A stretch of 64,000 bases of DNA from Bdellovibrionales bacterium (GTDB lineage Bacteria > Bdellovibrionota > Bdellovibrionia > Bdellovibrionales > UBA1609), in contig CBDCMT010000001.1 of assembly GCA_965219095.1 (NCBI GenBank), forward strand, positions 1,760,001-1,824,000, in the 5' to 3' direction. Positions 41,322-51,163 of the stretch are shown one piece after another. Position 1 is the first letter of the stretch; the number at the start of each line of letters is the position of its first letter. Under the pieces are notes generated by a model. That model did not search any database. It had not been told where the DNA came from and saw nothing but the letters and a program-made list of their open reading frames with translations. The position numbers and the translations under genes were made by a program.

Positions 41322-42042
41322 AAAGTCCTCCTTTTTTTTCTTTTTTGAGCCATGTTTTTAAACTCAAAACTCCCCATCTAAAGGTTTCTATTTCAAAAGG
41401 ATCTGTGTAGTGGCAGAGTCCTATTTTATCAGCTTTTTGAAGTTCATTTCTTAAGGTTTTTTTATGTTTTTTTGTGATATAAACATAAAGAGCATGGGTG
41501 TAGATAGAGTTTAAATAGTCATTTAATCTACGGCTGTAGCGATTTTTACTCTTCATAGTGCTTTCTATCTCTACGGCTAATTTAAACTCCTCACATTCCA
41601 TAGAAAAATCACATACAGGTTCCTTCTTTCTTGAAAGAAAAGAGGACTTCATTTTTTCTAAATCTGTAGGAAAAATAAAAACATTATGAGGAAAACTCTT
41701 TTTCAACTGAAAAAAGATGCTCTCTAAAACAAACTGATGGATTAAGAAGTGGGATGAGAAGACTTTTTTTAACTTTCTAGACGTGTAGATTTTAGAACGA
41801 GGTTTTACGCCTATTTGTCTGAGAACCATAAGCCCGGATCTTTTCTTACACAAATTTAAAAGCTCACTAAAGCTCAAAGAATAAAGAAAGCCAGCTTTTC
41901 TGAGCTTAGAAAGTCTTACCTCGCAAGAAGCGTTTGAAGAAAAGAAATGACGTCTTAATTGAGGGAAAGTACAAAACCTTTGGTCTTTTAAAAAAACCAA
42001 AAGCTTTCTATCCCTTTTCTGAAGAACTATGTTATCATTCAT
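41302..42042 (-). CDS. Replication-relaxation (Replic_Relax-like) putative relaxase
   Basis: RD..LL..L..RFCTFPQL winged helix, H in FLIHQ, PD-(D/E)XK-like CDF..AVEIESTMKSKNRY. Confidence 0.7.
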   Translation of the reverse strand: MNDNIVLQKRDRKLLVFLKDQRFCTFPQLRRHFFSSNASCEVRLSKLRKAGFLYSLSFSELLNLCKKRSGLMVLRQIGVKPRSKIYTSRKLKKVFSSHFLIHQFVLESIFFQLKKSFPHNVFIFPTDLEKMKSSFLSRKKEPVCDFSMECEEFKLAVEIESTMKSKNRYSRRLNDYLNSIYTHALYVYITKKHKKTLRNELQKADKIGLCHYTDPFEIETFRWGVLSLKTWLKKEKKGGLYEKQTL

Positions 42043-42043
42043 A

Positions 42044-42319
42044 CTATCCCTCTTCTTTTAAAGTAGATATGAAATCTTTTATTTTTTCTTGGTGGTTCTT
42101 GTTTTGAGAAAGCTCCTTTATCTTGTATTCAAGAGGGGTCATTTCTTCTAAAACCTCCTTTAGAAAAGATTCCTCCTGGTTTTCTAAGGCTCTTTGGAAT
42201 AAAAGACTTAAATCCACCTTAGATAAGCCTCTCTTTTTAAGCTCTTTTTTGAAAGATTGCATTGTTTCATATTGCTTTTCATTTAATATGATTTTTAAGG
42301 GTTTGTTTTCTTGTTTCAT
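42044..42319 (-). CDS. Small hypothetical protein (possible relaxosome accessory)
   Basis: In operon, RBS GGAGG. Confidence 0.6.
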   Translation of the reverse strand: MKQENKPLKIILNEKQYETMQSFKKELKKRGLSKVDLSLLFQRALENQEESFLKEVLEEMTPLEYKIKELSQNKNHQEKIKDFISTLKEEG

Positions 42320-42990
42320 TTTAAACCTCCTTTTGTTGGTTGATTGTTAATAATGACAATTTTTACAAAAAAAGGAGCTTTTAAATAAGAAAAGCTCTCT
42401 TTTTTGTTTTCCTTAATGTAGCTTTGTAAGTCTTTAAGCTCTAAAAGTGATTGAGACACAAAGCTGTTTTTTTGTTTGCTAAGAGAGGATAGACGTCCTA
42501 AGACATAATTTAAAACTCTCCTTTTTCTCTCTCTTTTAAGTTTGAAAATTTTAAACGGTAAACTACCTTCTAAACTTTGAGCCTGAAAGTTTGTTATCAC
42601 TTGAGAATTAGGAAGTATCATTTTATTGAAATAAAACTGTACTCTCTTGAAAGAAGCTAAAAGTTTAACTTCTCCTATGAGTTTAGCACTCTTGTATTTT
42701 CCTTCTTCCACAATTCCTAAAACAGGAAGAGGCATCTCAGTGACAAAAAAATCATAGGGGATTTTAAGATTTAAAACCTCTCCCAGTAACAAGGGAGATG
42801 CTTGATTATAGATAATACGAGCTCTACTTTTTGAAGTAGCAGTTCTTAAAAGTTCTTTGGGAAGGTTTCCAGATTCCTTTACCAAAGGGAATACTTCAAG
42901 AGAGCGGAGAGGTTTTTTGCTCCAAGAAGACTTCCCCCAAGCAAAAGATACTCCTAAAAGACTTAAAACAAACCACATAAAAAACCTCAT
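42316..42990 (-). CDS. VirB10/TrbI-like protein (short)
   Basis: Signal peptide; AKLIGEV..KRVQFYFNKMILPN beta motif; operon position. Confidence 0.5.
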   Translation of the reverse strand: MRFFMWFVLSLLGVSFAWGKSSWSKKPLRSLEVFPLVKESGNLPKELLRTATSKSRARIIYNQASPLLLGEVLNLKIPYDFFVTEMPLPVLGIVEEGKYKSAKLIGEVKLLASFKRVQFYFNKMILPNSQVITNFQAQSLEGSLPFKIFKLKRERKRRVLNYVLGRLSSLSKQKNSFVSQSLLELKDLQSYIKENKKESFSYLKAPFFVKIVIINNQPTKGGLK

Positions 42991-43421
42991 CTCAGACTTC
43001 CTTTCATATGGGATCCGTCAATTTTTTTCATTGTAAGCCTAGGAGCTTTAAAGCCGGATAAAATTTTAAGATAATCTTGGTGGCTTGCTCGGTTGGCATA
43101 AACATCAAAAATAAAAAATCTTTGGTCACATTTTACAATCAAGTTTGAGCTTTGAGCTTTAGGACTTTCAAGCCATAAGTAAAGCTCTTTAGGTGAGTTT
43201 TTATCCCTATGCACTTTTAGATCATTTGCAGAGCCTAAAATGATCTTTTCAACCGCACATGGAAACTCAATGAGACTTACTCTCCCAGAATAAAGATAAA
43301 GTTTTTTATTTTTTGAAAGATCAAAAAACTGACTTAAAATCCTTTGAGGTTGAGCTCCCCATACTTCTAAAAAATAAAAAGAGCAAATAAATAAGATTAA
43401 AAATTTATAAAACCTTAACAT
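42987..43421 (-). CDS. VirB9/TraK-like protein (short)
   Basis: Signal peptide; GRVSLIEFP..IILG..SSNLIV; operon position. Confidence 0.5.
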   Translation of the reverse strand: MLRFYKFLILFICSFYFLEVWGAQPQRILSQFFDLSKNKKLYLYSGRVSLIEFPCAVEKIILGSANDLKVHRDKNSPKELYLWLESPKAQSSNLIVKCDQRFFIFDVYANRASHQDYLKILSGFKAPRLTMKKIDGSHMKGSLR

Positions 43422-43950
43422 CTTCTACCTCCCAACCGTAAAAGTTCGTATCCGTAATTTTTGTTTTTTTTATTTGAAGAAGGATTTTTCCCTCTCTTTC
43501 TTCGCTTTTTTGATTTTTAAAAACAAGAACTTTCACTTTCACCTCATAAGTATGAGGTGAGGTTTTAGTGATTTTTACAATCTCTACAAACTGTGAAATC
43601 TTATCTTTTTTCACTTCTTCAAACACCTTGAGAAAGTAAGCTCTTTTCTCCTTCCATAACTTATCTGACATAAAGTTTCCAGCCTCTGAAATATGATCTT
43701 TAAAAGAAGCCCTATCATAAGAAAAACACAGTGTGATAAAATAAGATAAGAACACCTTTTCTGTTGTGCCCCTTTCCTCTTCCGTAAGAGCTTTTAAAAA
43801 GCCTTTTTCATTTCTCTCTAAGATGATGATCTCTTGATCACTAAAGCTTAGAAAAAGACTCGAGAAAAAACCCCAAAGAAAAAGAGAAAGAATAAGTGTG
43901 TAAAACACAAACTCATCTCTATAAAATTTTAAAAATATTTTCATGCTCAT
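43405..43950 (-). CDS. VirB8/TraE-like protein
   Basis: Single N-terminal TM; ending NFYGWEVEDV. Confidence 0.55.
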   Translation of the reverse strand: MSMKIFLKFYRDEFVFYTLILSLFLWGFFSSLFLSFSDQEIIILERNEKGFLKALTEEERGTTEKVFLSYFITLCFSYDRASFKDHISEAGNFMSDKLWKEKRAYFLKVFEEVKKDKISQFVEIVKITKTSPHTYEVKVKVLVFKNQKSEEREGKILLQIKKTKITDTNFYGWEVEDVKVL

Positions 43951-45059
43951 CTCCTTTCATTTTTTAAGTTTTTTGATTGGTTAGACTTGATTTCTATTTG
44001 TTTGTGTGCTTCTAAGTTCTCTTTATTAGAAGCTCTTTCAAAATTTTTCTCATAAGCTCTCTTCTGGCTGTTTTGAAACGAGCTTTCTTTTAGACCTTCA
44101 AAACTCCTAGTTTCCTTCATCATAAGCTCGTGAGGATTTTTTTGGAAATCTGGTTTGTAAGGAAGTTGCCTTTGAGAGCTTTTGAAACTCTGATGATAAG
44201 AAGCATTGTATTGCTTTGTAAGGTCTTGCTTGAAACCACCCCTAAACTGAGAACTTTTAAATTTTAAATTCCTTTTCATTCTTTTAAAGGAGTTTGAAAC
44301 TCTATGAGTGTGCCTGCTCTGTCCTGTAGCATTTAAAGTTTGAACTCTCTTTTTCTCAAAAAAAGAGGCTAAACTTAAGGCTGCTCCTCCAAGGCTTACT
44401 ATTTTCAAAGCCACACCACTCGAAAATTTCGACACAAACGAAAAAAATAAAAGCGGAAAAAAGATTTTAAGGAGACTTCCTAACATGAGAAGAATGTTGT
44501 TGGCAAAAGGATTTTCCGTAAGAAGAATGTGAACTAAAGCAAAATTCACTCCATACCAGAACACAGGCCAAAGGCTTGTAAGAACAAATACGCCTACATA
44601 CATCTTTAAAGATGTATAAGAAGATAGTGAAGAACTTAAAAAAATCAGAAAAGCACTTAAAAGAATAAGAAGTGAGATGATAAAAACATAGATTCCAAAA
44701 CTGATCCAATAAGAAATAACAGCAAACCATCTTGTAAGACGATAAACAAAAGCTCCTATAAAACCCTCACCTTGAAGAGGTATCTCAAAAACCTCACTTC
44801 CTTCAAAAAGAGAGGTGAAAAAGTAAGGGATCTTCATAGCGAGTACGACAAAATCACTGAAAAAATAAAAAAGCCCCCATAAAATAAGGCTGTCCTTTAA
44901 AATTTCAAGAAAGCCCCCTTCTTGTTTAAAGCACACAAAAGCTAAAACCACTCTTAGGAGAAAAATCAAAGGAAAAAATTTTAAAAGCTCACCCCTAAAG
45001 CTTTTGAAAATTTCAAGCATTTTTATAAAAACCTCATACTCAAAAGGAAAATCTGTCAC
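43947..45059 (-). CDS. VirB6-like polytopic membrane protein
   Basis: Multiple TMs, LWPVFW, hydrophilic tail. Confidence 0.55.
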   Translation of the reverse strand: MTDFPFEYEVFIKMLEIFKSFRGELLKFFPLIFLLRVVLAFVCFKQEGGFLEILKDSLILWGLFYFFSDFVVLAMKIPYFFTSLFEGSEVFEIPLQGEGFIGAFVYRLTRWFAVISYWISFGIYVFIISLLILLSAFLIFLSSSLSSYTSLKMYVGVFVLTSLWPVFWYGVNFALVHILLTENPFANNILLMLGSLLKIFFPLLFFSFVSKFSSGVALKIVSLGGAALSLASFFEKKRVQTLNATGQSRHTHRVSNSFKRMKRNLKFKSSQFRGGFKQDLTKQYNASYHQSFKSSQRQLPYKPDFQKNPHELMMKETRSFEGLKESSFQNSQKRAYEKNFERASNKENLEAHKQIEIKSNQSKNLKNERR

Positions 45060-45664
45060 TTTTTTCTCCTTTCTTTAAAAGGATGAAAAGCTCCAAAACC
45101 GCTTTTTGAGTGATTTCTTATACTTTGAATCTGTTTCTCTAAGAACTCATCTTCCTCTTTTAAGAGTTGAAGCCTTCTTTTTTCTTTAGAAAGCCTTTCT
45201 CTTTCTTTTCTTATCTCTAGTAAGTACTGGTTTTTAAGGGATTCATTTAAAACAAAGTTGGTTTTCATCTGCTCGATAGCAGTAACAGCTGAAGAAGAAG
45301 CCCCTAATTGAGAAATTCTTTTTTTAAAGTTTTTAACTCTCCTTATGTAGTTGACAGAGTATCTGACCTTTTGGTGAAGGCTGTGAAGAGATTTGGAAGG
45401 GTTTAAAAGATCTAAAGTCTCTTTTGAAAGGTATTTGTACCCTCTCGCCTCCTTTGACAAAGAAGCTATGTCTTTACTTAAAAGCCTCAATTCCTTTTCT
45501 AAACTGTTATCCCCCTGCAGTTCATGAAGTAAATCTGAAAGACTTTCTAAAATCAAAGCTTTGTCTGCGATCTTTTCTAGAGGCTTAAAAAAAGAATCTA
45601 TAAAACAAGAAGCCTTTTGACAAAGAAAAAACGAAAAAAGAAAGAACATACAAACTTTCATCAT
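45056..45664 (-). CDS. VirB5/TrbJ-like secreted helical protein
   Basis: Signal peptide, coiled-coil character, position after VirB4. Confidence 0.45.
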   Translation of the reverse strand: MMKVCMFFLFSFFLCQKASCFIDSFFKPLEKIADKALILESLSDLLHELQGDNSLEKELRLLSKDIASLSKEARGYKYLSKETLDLLNPSKSLHSLHQKVRYSVNYIRRVKNFKKRISQLGASSSAVTAIEQMKTNFVLNESLKNQYLLEIRKERERLSKEKRRLQLLKEEDEFLEKQIQSIRNHSKSGFGAFHPFKERRKK

Positions 45665-47745
45665 GATAAGCCCTCTAAAAACCGAAACACTTGAGATAAA
45701 TTCTCATCACCGATAAAAGGATACAAGCTCCTTAGAGTTTTAAGTTTGATTAACTCTCTTGGATTTGTGGTGCTTTCTATGTACTCTTTATCGCTTAACC
45801 GCAAAAAGCCTACTTTTGAACAAAGCGAGTCCTTTAGAAAAAACTGAGAGTACTCTCCTTTTTGAGATCTCAAGGTCTTTAAAATTTCAAGCTCTTCATT
45901 TTTTAGAAAAAACCTCTCCTGAAATTCTTTTTCTTTATCATCTAGGGAAAAAAACACCTTAAATTCACTGTTGTCTAAAAGAGACTTGTCTTCTCTCACA
46001 ACTAAATCACTTGAGCTTTGAGCGATTAAAATAAGCGAAGCATTGAGCTTCCTTACGTTTTTACTTAATAATTTAAAGGTCTCAAATGAGTTTCTTATAA
46101 AGAAAGGTGTTTCATCTACAATAAAAAGAAGCTTCTCATAAGGCTCTTTAACAAGAAGCTTATGTGAAAAATCACACATAACAGAAGCTATGACTGCTTT
46201 TGCTATGTTCTTGTCTTCGGCTGTAAGAATCTCCTGGAAGTTAAAGTAATTGAGGTCTTTTAATTCAAAATCTCTTTTTGAAGAAAAGATATTCTCTCTC
46301 AACCTCCCCTTGGTCCAACGCTCTAGAAGAGCTTTTTTCTTAAAATTCTTAAGAACTTTCACAAACTCATGAAAACAAGGCCTAGTTGTTTGAGAATAGC
46401 TTATGAGCTTTTTCTCAAGTTCTCCCTCTTCTACAAAACTCATCTCATCTCCTATGAGAGTTTTTAAAAATAACATAAGCATCTCAACACTTTCTCTTTT
46501 GGAATTTAAGCATTGAAAGGGATCAAAGCCCTTAGGCTTTTCTAAGGAGATATGAAAAGCTTGCCCTTTAAGCTTTTCCACTCGTTTGGTGTAAGAACCT
46601 CTCACATCTACTAAAATCACTTTTAAATGGCTATCAGAGCATAAACTTTCTAAAAGAAGGTTCGTAAACACAGATTTTCCTCGCCCTGATTTTCCTATAA
46701 TAATGCCACAGTAATTGTCGTATTTTTTATGAAAGGGATTAAAAAGGTCTAAAGAATGATCGATTCTGTGAAAGAGAAGCCCTGAACTTAAAGGAAACAA
46801 ACTCCCCCTTGTTAAAAGAGGAAGAAAGTTTAAAAGCTCTTTATTTTGCAAAATCAGAGGAACATGAAAACTTTCTCCCGGCAAGAGGGAAAGAAAGCTT
46901 TTAAAAGCTCCCCATTTTTCCATCTTAAATTCACCTAGAAGAGAAAGAGTGTTTTTAGAGGCTGAGATGTCCTCTCTTAAGTCCTTCTCGCAGTCTCGTC
47001 TCAAAATCACATGGACTTCAAATTCAAAAAACTCGCTTCCCTGAAATTCCATCTCACACAAAGCCTCCTCACTGGCCTTGTAACGAAGAAAGCTCTCATG
47101 ACTTTGCCCTGCTCTCTCTTGAACCTTCACCCTTGAAAGAGCGTACTTTTGCTTTAAAGGATCAATTTTTTTCAATTTTATGTGGTATTCAAAGGGCAGA
47201 GGAAGCTTCTCTGTTAAAAAGATAAGATTCTCTAAACTTACATAAGAATTAGAAAGAGAGTTCATCTTAAAAGAAGCTAAATACTCTCTTTCATTAGAAA
47301 GCCCAAAAGCCTCAAGCTTTACCTTCTTAAAATCAAACAAGACTTTAAAAAAATCTTTCACAAACACAGGTTTTAATTTTAAAAACTTGTTTTCAAATTT
47401 GTTTATTTTATGCACCTTTTCTAAAACACCCTCTTCTTTGTGAAACAAAGAAACTTCCTTTTTAGAAAAAATATTAAAAAAGAGCTTTTTTCTGACAAAA
47501 CCTATTTCTTGTAAATCCTTAGACCTTTTGTTTTTGATGTCACAGTTATAGGAAAGGTGTGAAAAAAGATGAAAACTCACAAACTCACCAACTTTCAAGC
47601 TTTTGAAAAAACTCTCTAAAGAGTCTGTATAGACTTCCTTTTCAAAAGACTCAAAATCTTTCATTTCACATTTAAAGGTCTTTCCTATAAAACCATTGGA
47701 AAGCCAAACATAGTCTTTTAGTTTTTTAAACCTCTTTTCTAACAT
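45661..47745 (-). CDS. virB4: VirB4/TraC-like ATPase
   Basis: GKSGRGKS, VDVRGSY, IVDE, RKLNASLILIAQ, KGEYSQF. Confidence 0.85.
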   Translation of the reverse strand: MLEKRFKKLKDYVWLSNGFIGKTFKCEMKDFESFEKEVYTDSLESFFKSLKVGEFVSFHLFSHLSYNCDIKNKRSKDLQEIGFVRKKLFFNIFSKKEVSLFHKEEGVLEKVHKINKFENKFLKLKPVFVKDFFKVLFDFKKVKLEAFGLSNEREYLASFKMNSLSNSYVSLENLIFLTEKLPLPFEYHIKLKKIDPLKQKYALSRVKVQERAGQSHESFLRYKASEEALCEMEFQGSEFFEFEVHVILRRDCEKDLREDISASKNTLSLLGEFKMEKWGAFKSFLSLLPGESFHVPLILQNKELLNFLPLLTRGSLFPLSSGLLFHRIDHSLDLFNPFHKKYDNYCGIIIGKSGRGKSVFTNLLLESLCSDSHLKVILVDVRGSYTKRVEKLKGQAFHISLEKPKGFDPFQCLNSKRESVEMLMLFLKTLIGDEMSFVEEGELEKKLISYSQTTRPCFHEFVKVLKNFKKKALLERWTKGRLRENIFSSKRDFELKDLNYFNFQEILTAEDKNIAKAVIASVMCDFSHKLLVKEPYEKLLFIVDETPFFIRNSFETFKLLSKNVRKLNASLILIAQSSSDLVVREDKSLLDNSEFKVFFSLDDKEKEFQERFFLKNEELEILKTLRSQKGEYSQFFLKDSLCSKVGFLRLSDKEYIESTTNPRELIKLKTLRSLYPFIGDENLSQVFRFLEGLS

Positions 47746-47998
47746 GAAGAACTCCTCTTTTTATGAATTTAACAAAAAAATAAAAAACCCCATCTCTTAT
47801 AAGTTTTTTTCGGTATTTGAGCCTTAAAGGCATGAGAATAAGAAGCGTTAAAATTACAATAACAAAACTTAAGACCTCAAGACCTAAAGGGAAAAAAATC
47901 ATTTGACTTACTATGTAAACCAAACTTAGAAATAAAAAATCTAAACTTCCAAGACCAAAAAAAGAGCTCTTTTTGTTTAAAATTTTTGAAGTTCTCAT
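47726..47998 (-). CDS. VirB3-like membrane protein
   Basis: FFGL start motif, two TMs, directly upstream of VirB4. Confidence 0.55.
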   Translation of the reverse strand: MRTSKILNKKSSFFGLGSLDFLFLSLVYIVSQMIFFPLGLEVLSFVIVILTLLILMPLRLKYRKKLIRDGVFYFFVKFIKRGVLHVRKEV

Positions 47999-48009
47999 AA
48001 CCTCCTCCT

Positions 48010-48324
48010 TTAATTGAATGAGTTGAAAATTAAACTAAAAATCGTGGAAGAAAGTGCAATAATAAGAGTTCCTATAGCAGCAGACTGAAGCCTCTCTAAG
48101 CCCAGCCTTTTTGAAAAATAAAAACACACACCTGAAATTAAAAATGACAAACCTCCTAAAATAATCCCTAAAGCTCTTACCGTATCAGAAATCCCTCTTA
48201 AGGAAGCTTCTAAATCACGTGCTTGAAGACAAAAACAAAATATGAAGATGAGAGTAAAAAGAATGAAAAGAAACTGCCTTCTAAAAGGACTTATTTCACT
48301 CATCTTTGTTTTAAAAATTTTCAT
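48010..48324 (-). CDS. VirB2/TrbC-like pilin
   Basis: Signal peptide plus two TMs, about 100 aa. Confidence 0.6.
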   Translation of the reverse strand: MKIFKTKMSEISPFRRQFLFILFTLIFIFCFCLQARDLEASLRGISDTVRALGIILGGLSFLISGVCFYFSKRLGLERLQSAAIGTLIIALSSTIFSLIFNSFN

Positions 48325-48887
48325 TTCACAAACTCCTTTCTTAAAAGAGGATTGATTCGAGCTGGCTTTATCTCAAAAAGATGATTTCTTCTTAAAACCC
48401 GAAAAGGCTCTATCTGTACCCAGTCTTCTCTTCCCACAACTCCCTCTAACTTATAAAGACTCCACTCCCCTGGAACTACAAGATGTTTTAAATGAGAAGG
48501 AAGTGGTTTTTTAGAAAAAGAAAGAACACCTTTTTGTAAAAGACTTTTGTTCTTTCCTAAAAAAGAAAGCCCGTTTTGTTCTTTCAAAATCTTAACCTCC
48601 TCCTTTAAGAGTTTCATTTCTTCTGTTTCTCTAAAATGATAAATCCCATAAACAGACATACCTAAACCTAAAAGACTTGAAAAAAGAATGACATTCTCTT
48701 TTTTGTTCTCTTTAAAAGAAGCACCATAAACTCCACCCACTAAAGAACTTAAAGCTATTTTCTTAAAAAGATCTTTTTTGACCTTTGCTTTTGAAACATG
48801 AGAACAAGCACATAAAAGACTTAAGAACAAAAAAAGAAGAAACCTTATAAACATGGGAGCTCCTTTTTTGATCCAAAAAGAACACAC
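48321..48887 (-). CDS. Lipoprotein of the transfer operon
   Basis: Lipobox LCAC; likely start at MFIRF; glycine-zipper-like hydrophobic segments. Confidence 0.6.
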   Translation of the reverse strand: MCSFWIKKGAPMFIRFLLFLFLSLLCACSHVSKAKVKKDLFKKIALSSLVGGVYGASFKENKKENVILFSSLLGLGMSVYGIYHFRETEEMKLLKEEVKILKEQNGLSFLGKNKSLLQKGVLSFSKKPLPSHLKHLVVPGEWSLYKLEGVVGREDWVQIEPFRVLRRNHLFEIKPARINPLLRKEFVK

Positions 48888-49657
48888 ACCTTGCCGTACT
48901 CTCCGCTTTCTCCTTTTTCACCCCTCTTTCCTCTCTTACCTCTTAATCCTTTTTTTCCTGCATAAGCATGGCATAAGTGAGTTCTGTCACCTTCTCCGCT
49001 TTCACCTCCAACTCCTCCTAGTCCTCCTAAACCACCTTTACCTCCTTCTCCTCTCACAAACTCATAAGACAATTCAAAACCTTCTGTCTCCTTAGCAAAA
49101 ACTCTAAGAGTACCTGTAGCTCCTCCTGAAAAACCTTTTTTTCCTTCTCTCCCTTCTGCTCCCTCGCCACCATTTTCACCATGACGAAGACCCGGACAAT
49201 AACAATGATCCACAACAGGAGAACAACGTTCTTTAACACTCCTCCCTTTACGCCCCCTTCTTCCCCTTCCTTCAAATAACTCTAAATCACGAGCCTTCAA
49301 TCCCTCACCACCATTTTCTCCTCTTAGAACCACATGAAGTTTTCCTCTGATTCTTCCAGCTACAATAGTAAGCACAGCTCCATCTCTTCCTTTAAAACCT
49401 AACTCAGCGGTCTGATTCTCAGGAAAAGTCTCAATCACAGTGTCCTCAAAGAAAACTGTTTCCCCCTCAATACGCAAACCTCTCCCATAAGTTGTTAACA
49501 CTCCTTTAGGAAAAAAAATGTGCCTGGCTTTTAAGTGTTCTTTCTTAAGCTCTGTTATATCTAAAAACTCCTCCTCAAAAACTTGGAACTGAAAATTCCC
49601 TCCACAAGCTAAAAAGAAAACACTTAAGAAAAAGCATGTAAATTTAAAAAACCTCAT
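48845..49657 (-). CDS. Collagen-like (Gly-X-Y) lipoprotein
   Basis: Lipobox FLAC; several GXY runs; GGGAGG RBS. Confidence 0.75.
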   Translation of the reverse strand: MRFFKFTCFFLSVFFLACGGNFQFQVFEEEFLDITELKKEHLKARHIFFPKGVLTTYGRGLRIEGETVFFEDTVIETFPENQTAELGFKGRDGAVLTIVAGRIRGKLHVVLRGENGGEGLKARDLELFEGRGRRGRKGRSVKERCSPVVDHCYCPGLRHGENGGEGAEGREGKKGFSGGATGTLRVFAKETEGFELSYEFVRGEGGKGGLGGLGGVGGESGEGDRTHLCHAYAGKKGLRGKRGKRGEKGESGEYGKVCVLFGSKKELPCL

Positions 49658-49924
49658 AACTCCTCCCTTCTTTAAACCTTATGTCTTATGTCTTTTGTAT
49701 TTTGTCTGTACTGTCTAAAAACCCCGTCCTCTCCCTTATAGAGAAACACTACTGGTTCTTCTATCTTTATAAGAGCCTTAAACTCTTTTTTTGTTCTTTG
49801 CTTCATACACACTCCTTTCTTTTTGGTTTTATAAAAGAGTTCTTTTTATAAAACTTTTTGCTACAATAAAGTTTTAAATGAAAAAAAAAGGTTTTTTTTA
49901 TTTTTTTTTGAAAATTTGCATATT

Positions 49925-50114
49925 TGTTACAAATTTGCTGAATCCGATACATTTGTAACAGATCTGTTACATTTGTAACATATATGCAAATTTGTAACAT
50001 ATATGTTACATTTGTAACAAATATGCAAATTTGTAACAAATATGCAACATTCAAACAACATTCAAGTCTGTATTTATTTCAAACAGATTCTTAAAAGTTT
50101 GCATATATGCAAAC
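49925..50114. repeat. Iteron/operator-like array of ATTTGTAACA
   Basis: Direct copies at 49951, 49971, 49990, 50010 and 50029; inverted copy at 49925; palindrome GTTTGCATATATGCAAAC at 50097-50114. Confidence 0.85.
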
Positions 50115-50249
50115 AATAGCTTGGGTTTTTAGAGAAATTTAAAGAAAACAGATCAATATCTTTACTTTATATTATGAAATTGATATAAAAAACATTGAGA
50201 TAGTAATATAAATTTGTTTAGTAACAAAAACCAAAAAGGAGGGAATAGT

Positions 50250-50639
50250 ATGAGAATGGGAAGTAAGATTTTAGAGCTTATGCATGCCCAACAGATCAAT
50301 GCAAATGAGCTATCTGATCTTTCTGGTGTAGGACGGGCTACTTTAAGCCGGTTTTTAAACACTCGTTCAGACATAGGTACAACTAAGCTCGTAAACCTAC
50401 TGTATTCTTTAGACGTAGACTTAGATCAAATGATTGAAGATAGAAAGAACAGTCTAGATAAAAATAAAACAAGACACACTGTGAATTCTGATGTCTTAGA
50501 GGTATTTTGGAACTTGTCAAAAGTAACGAGAAGAGGTGTTTTATTAACGCTTGTTAGAGACCGCAAAAAAGGCAGAGGCTTAAAAATGAAACAAGCTGTT
50601 TTGAGACTTAATTCGTATGTGAAAGGAGAGTTATGTTAG
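50250..50639 (+). CDS. XRE-family HTH regulator
   Basis: INANELSDLSGVGRATLSRFLN; AGGAGG RBS before the ATG at 50250. Confidence 0.85.
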   Translation: MRMGSKILELMHAQQINANELSDLSGVGRATLSRFLNTRSDIGTTKLVNLLYSLDVDLDQMIEDRKNSLDKNKTRHTVNSDVLEVFWNLSKVTRRGVLLTLVRDRKKGRGLKMKQAVLRLNSYVKGELC

Positions 50640-51163
50640 AATCAGGAAATCAACAATTAAACAAAGAAAATAAAAATTTTGATGAAATTCTAGATGTCTA
50701 TCATAGTAATTCCGTGTGGCAAGCTCTTCATGCTCTGATTACAGTTCGACCCCTATCAGAAAATCAACAAAAAATAGCTAAAATTTTTGATGTGTCTTTA
50801 GAAGATATTGTAGAGGCGATAGAAGGTCTCATCACTTTAGGACTTGTAGTTTATGAGACAGGAGCATACAAAGCTAAAAAACAGAGCTTTATCTATAGAA
50901 CTCAAAAAGAAGACCTCGTTCAAGGACATAAAGATCAAGCACGAGAGATTATAAACAGGTTTTCTATAAATAAAGGCCTAGGAGCAAACTATCATTTTAG
51001 CTCAAACAAAGAACATATGAATCGGTTTAGACAGGAATTTTCAAAGTTAGTGAAAACAACTTTAATCGATAAAGGAAATGTAAACCCTGATGGGATTTAT
51101 GGTATTACAATGACAGCTGTCAACTTTATAGGGGATCTTAACAGCACAAAGGAGGCTTTATGA
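50633..51163 (+). CDS. Winged-helix protein (DUF4423-like)
   Basis: IAKIFDVSLEDIVEAIEGLITLGLV; C-terminal helix then IYGI strand. Confidence 0.55.
   Translation: MLESGNQQLNKENKNFDEILDVYHSNSVWQALHALITVRPLSENQQKIAKIFDVSLEDIVEAIEGLITLGLVVYETGAYKAKKQSFIYRTQKEDLVQGHKDQAREIINRFSINKGLGANYHFSSNKEHMNRFRQEFSKLVKTTLIDKGNVNPDGIYGITMTAVNFIGDLNSTKEAL

Noticed and set aside
49803..50054. 83-aa repetitive ORF
   Set aside because: Translation of the ATTTGTAACA array; no RBS
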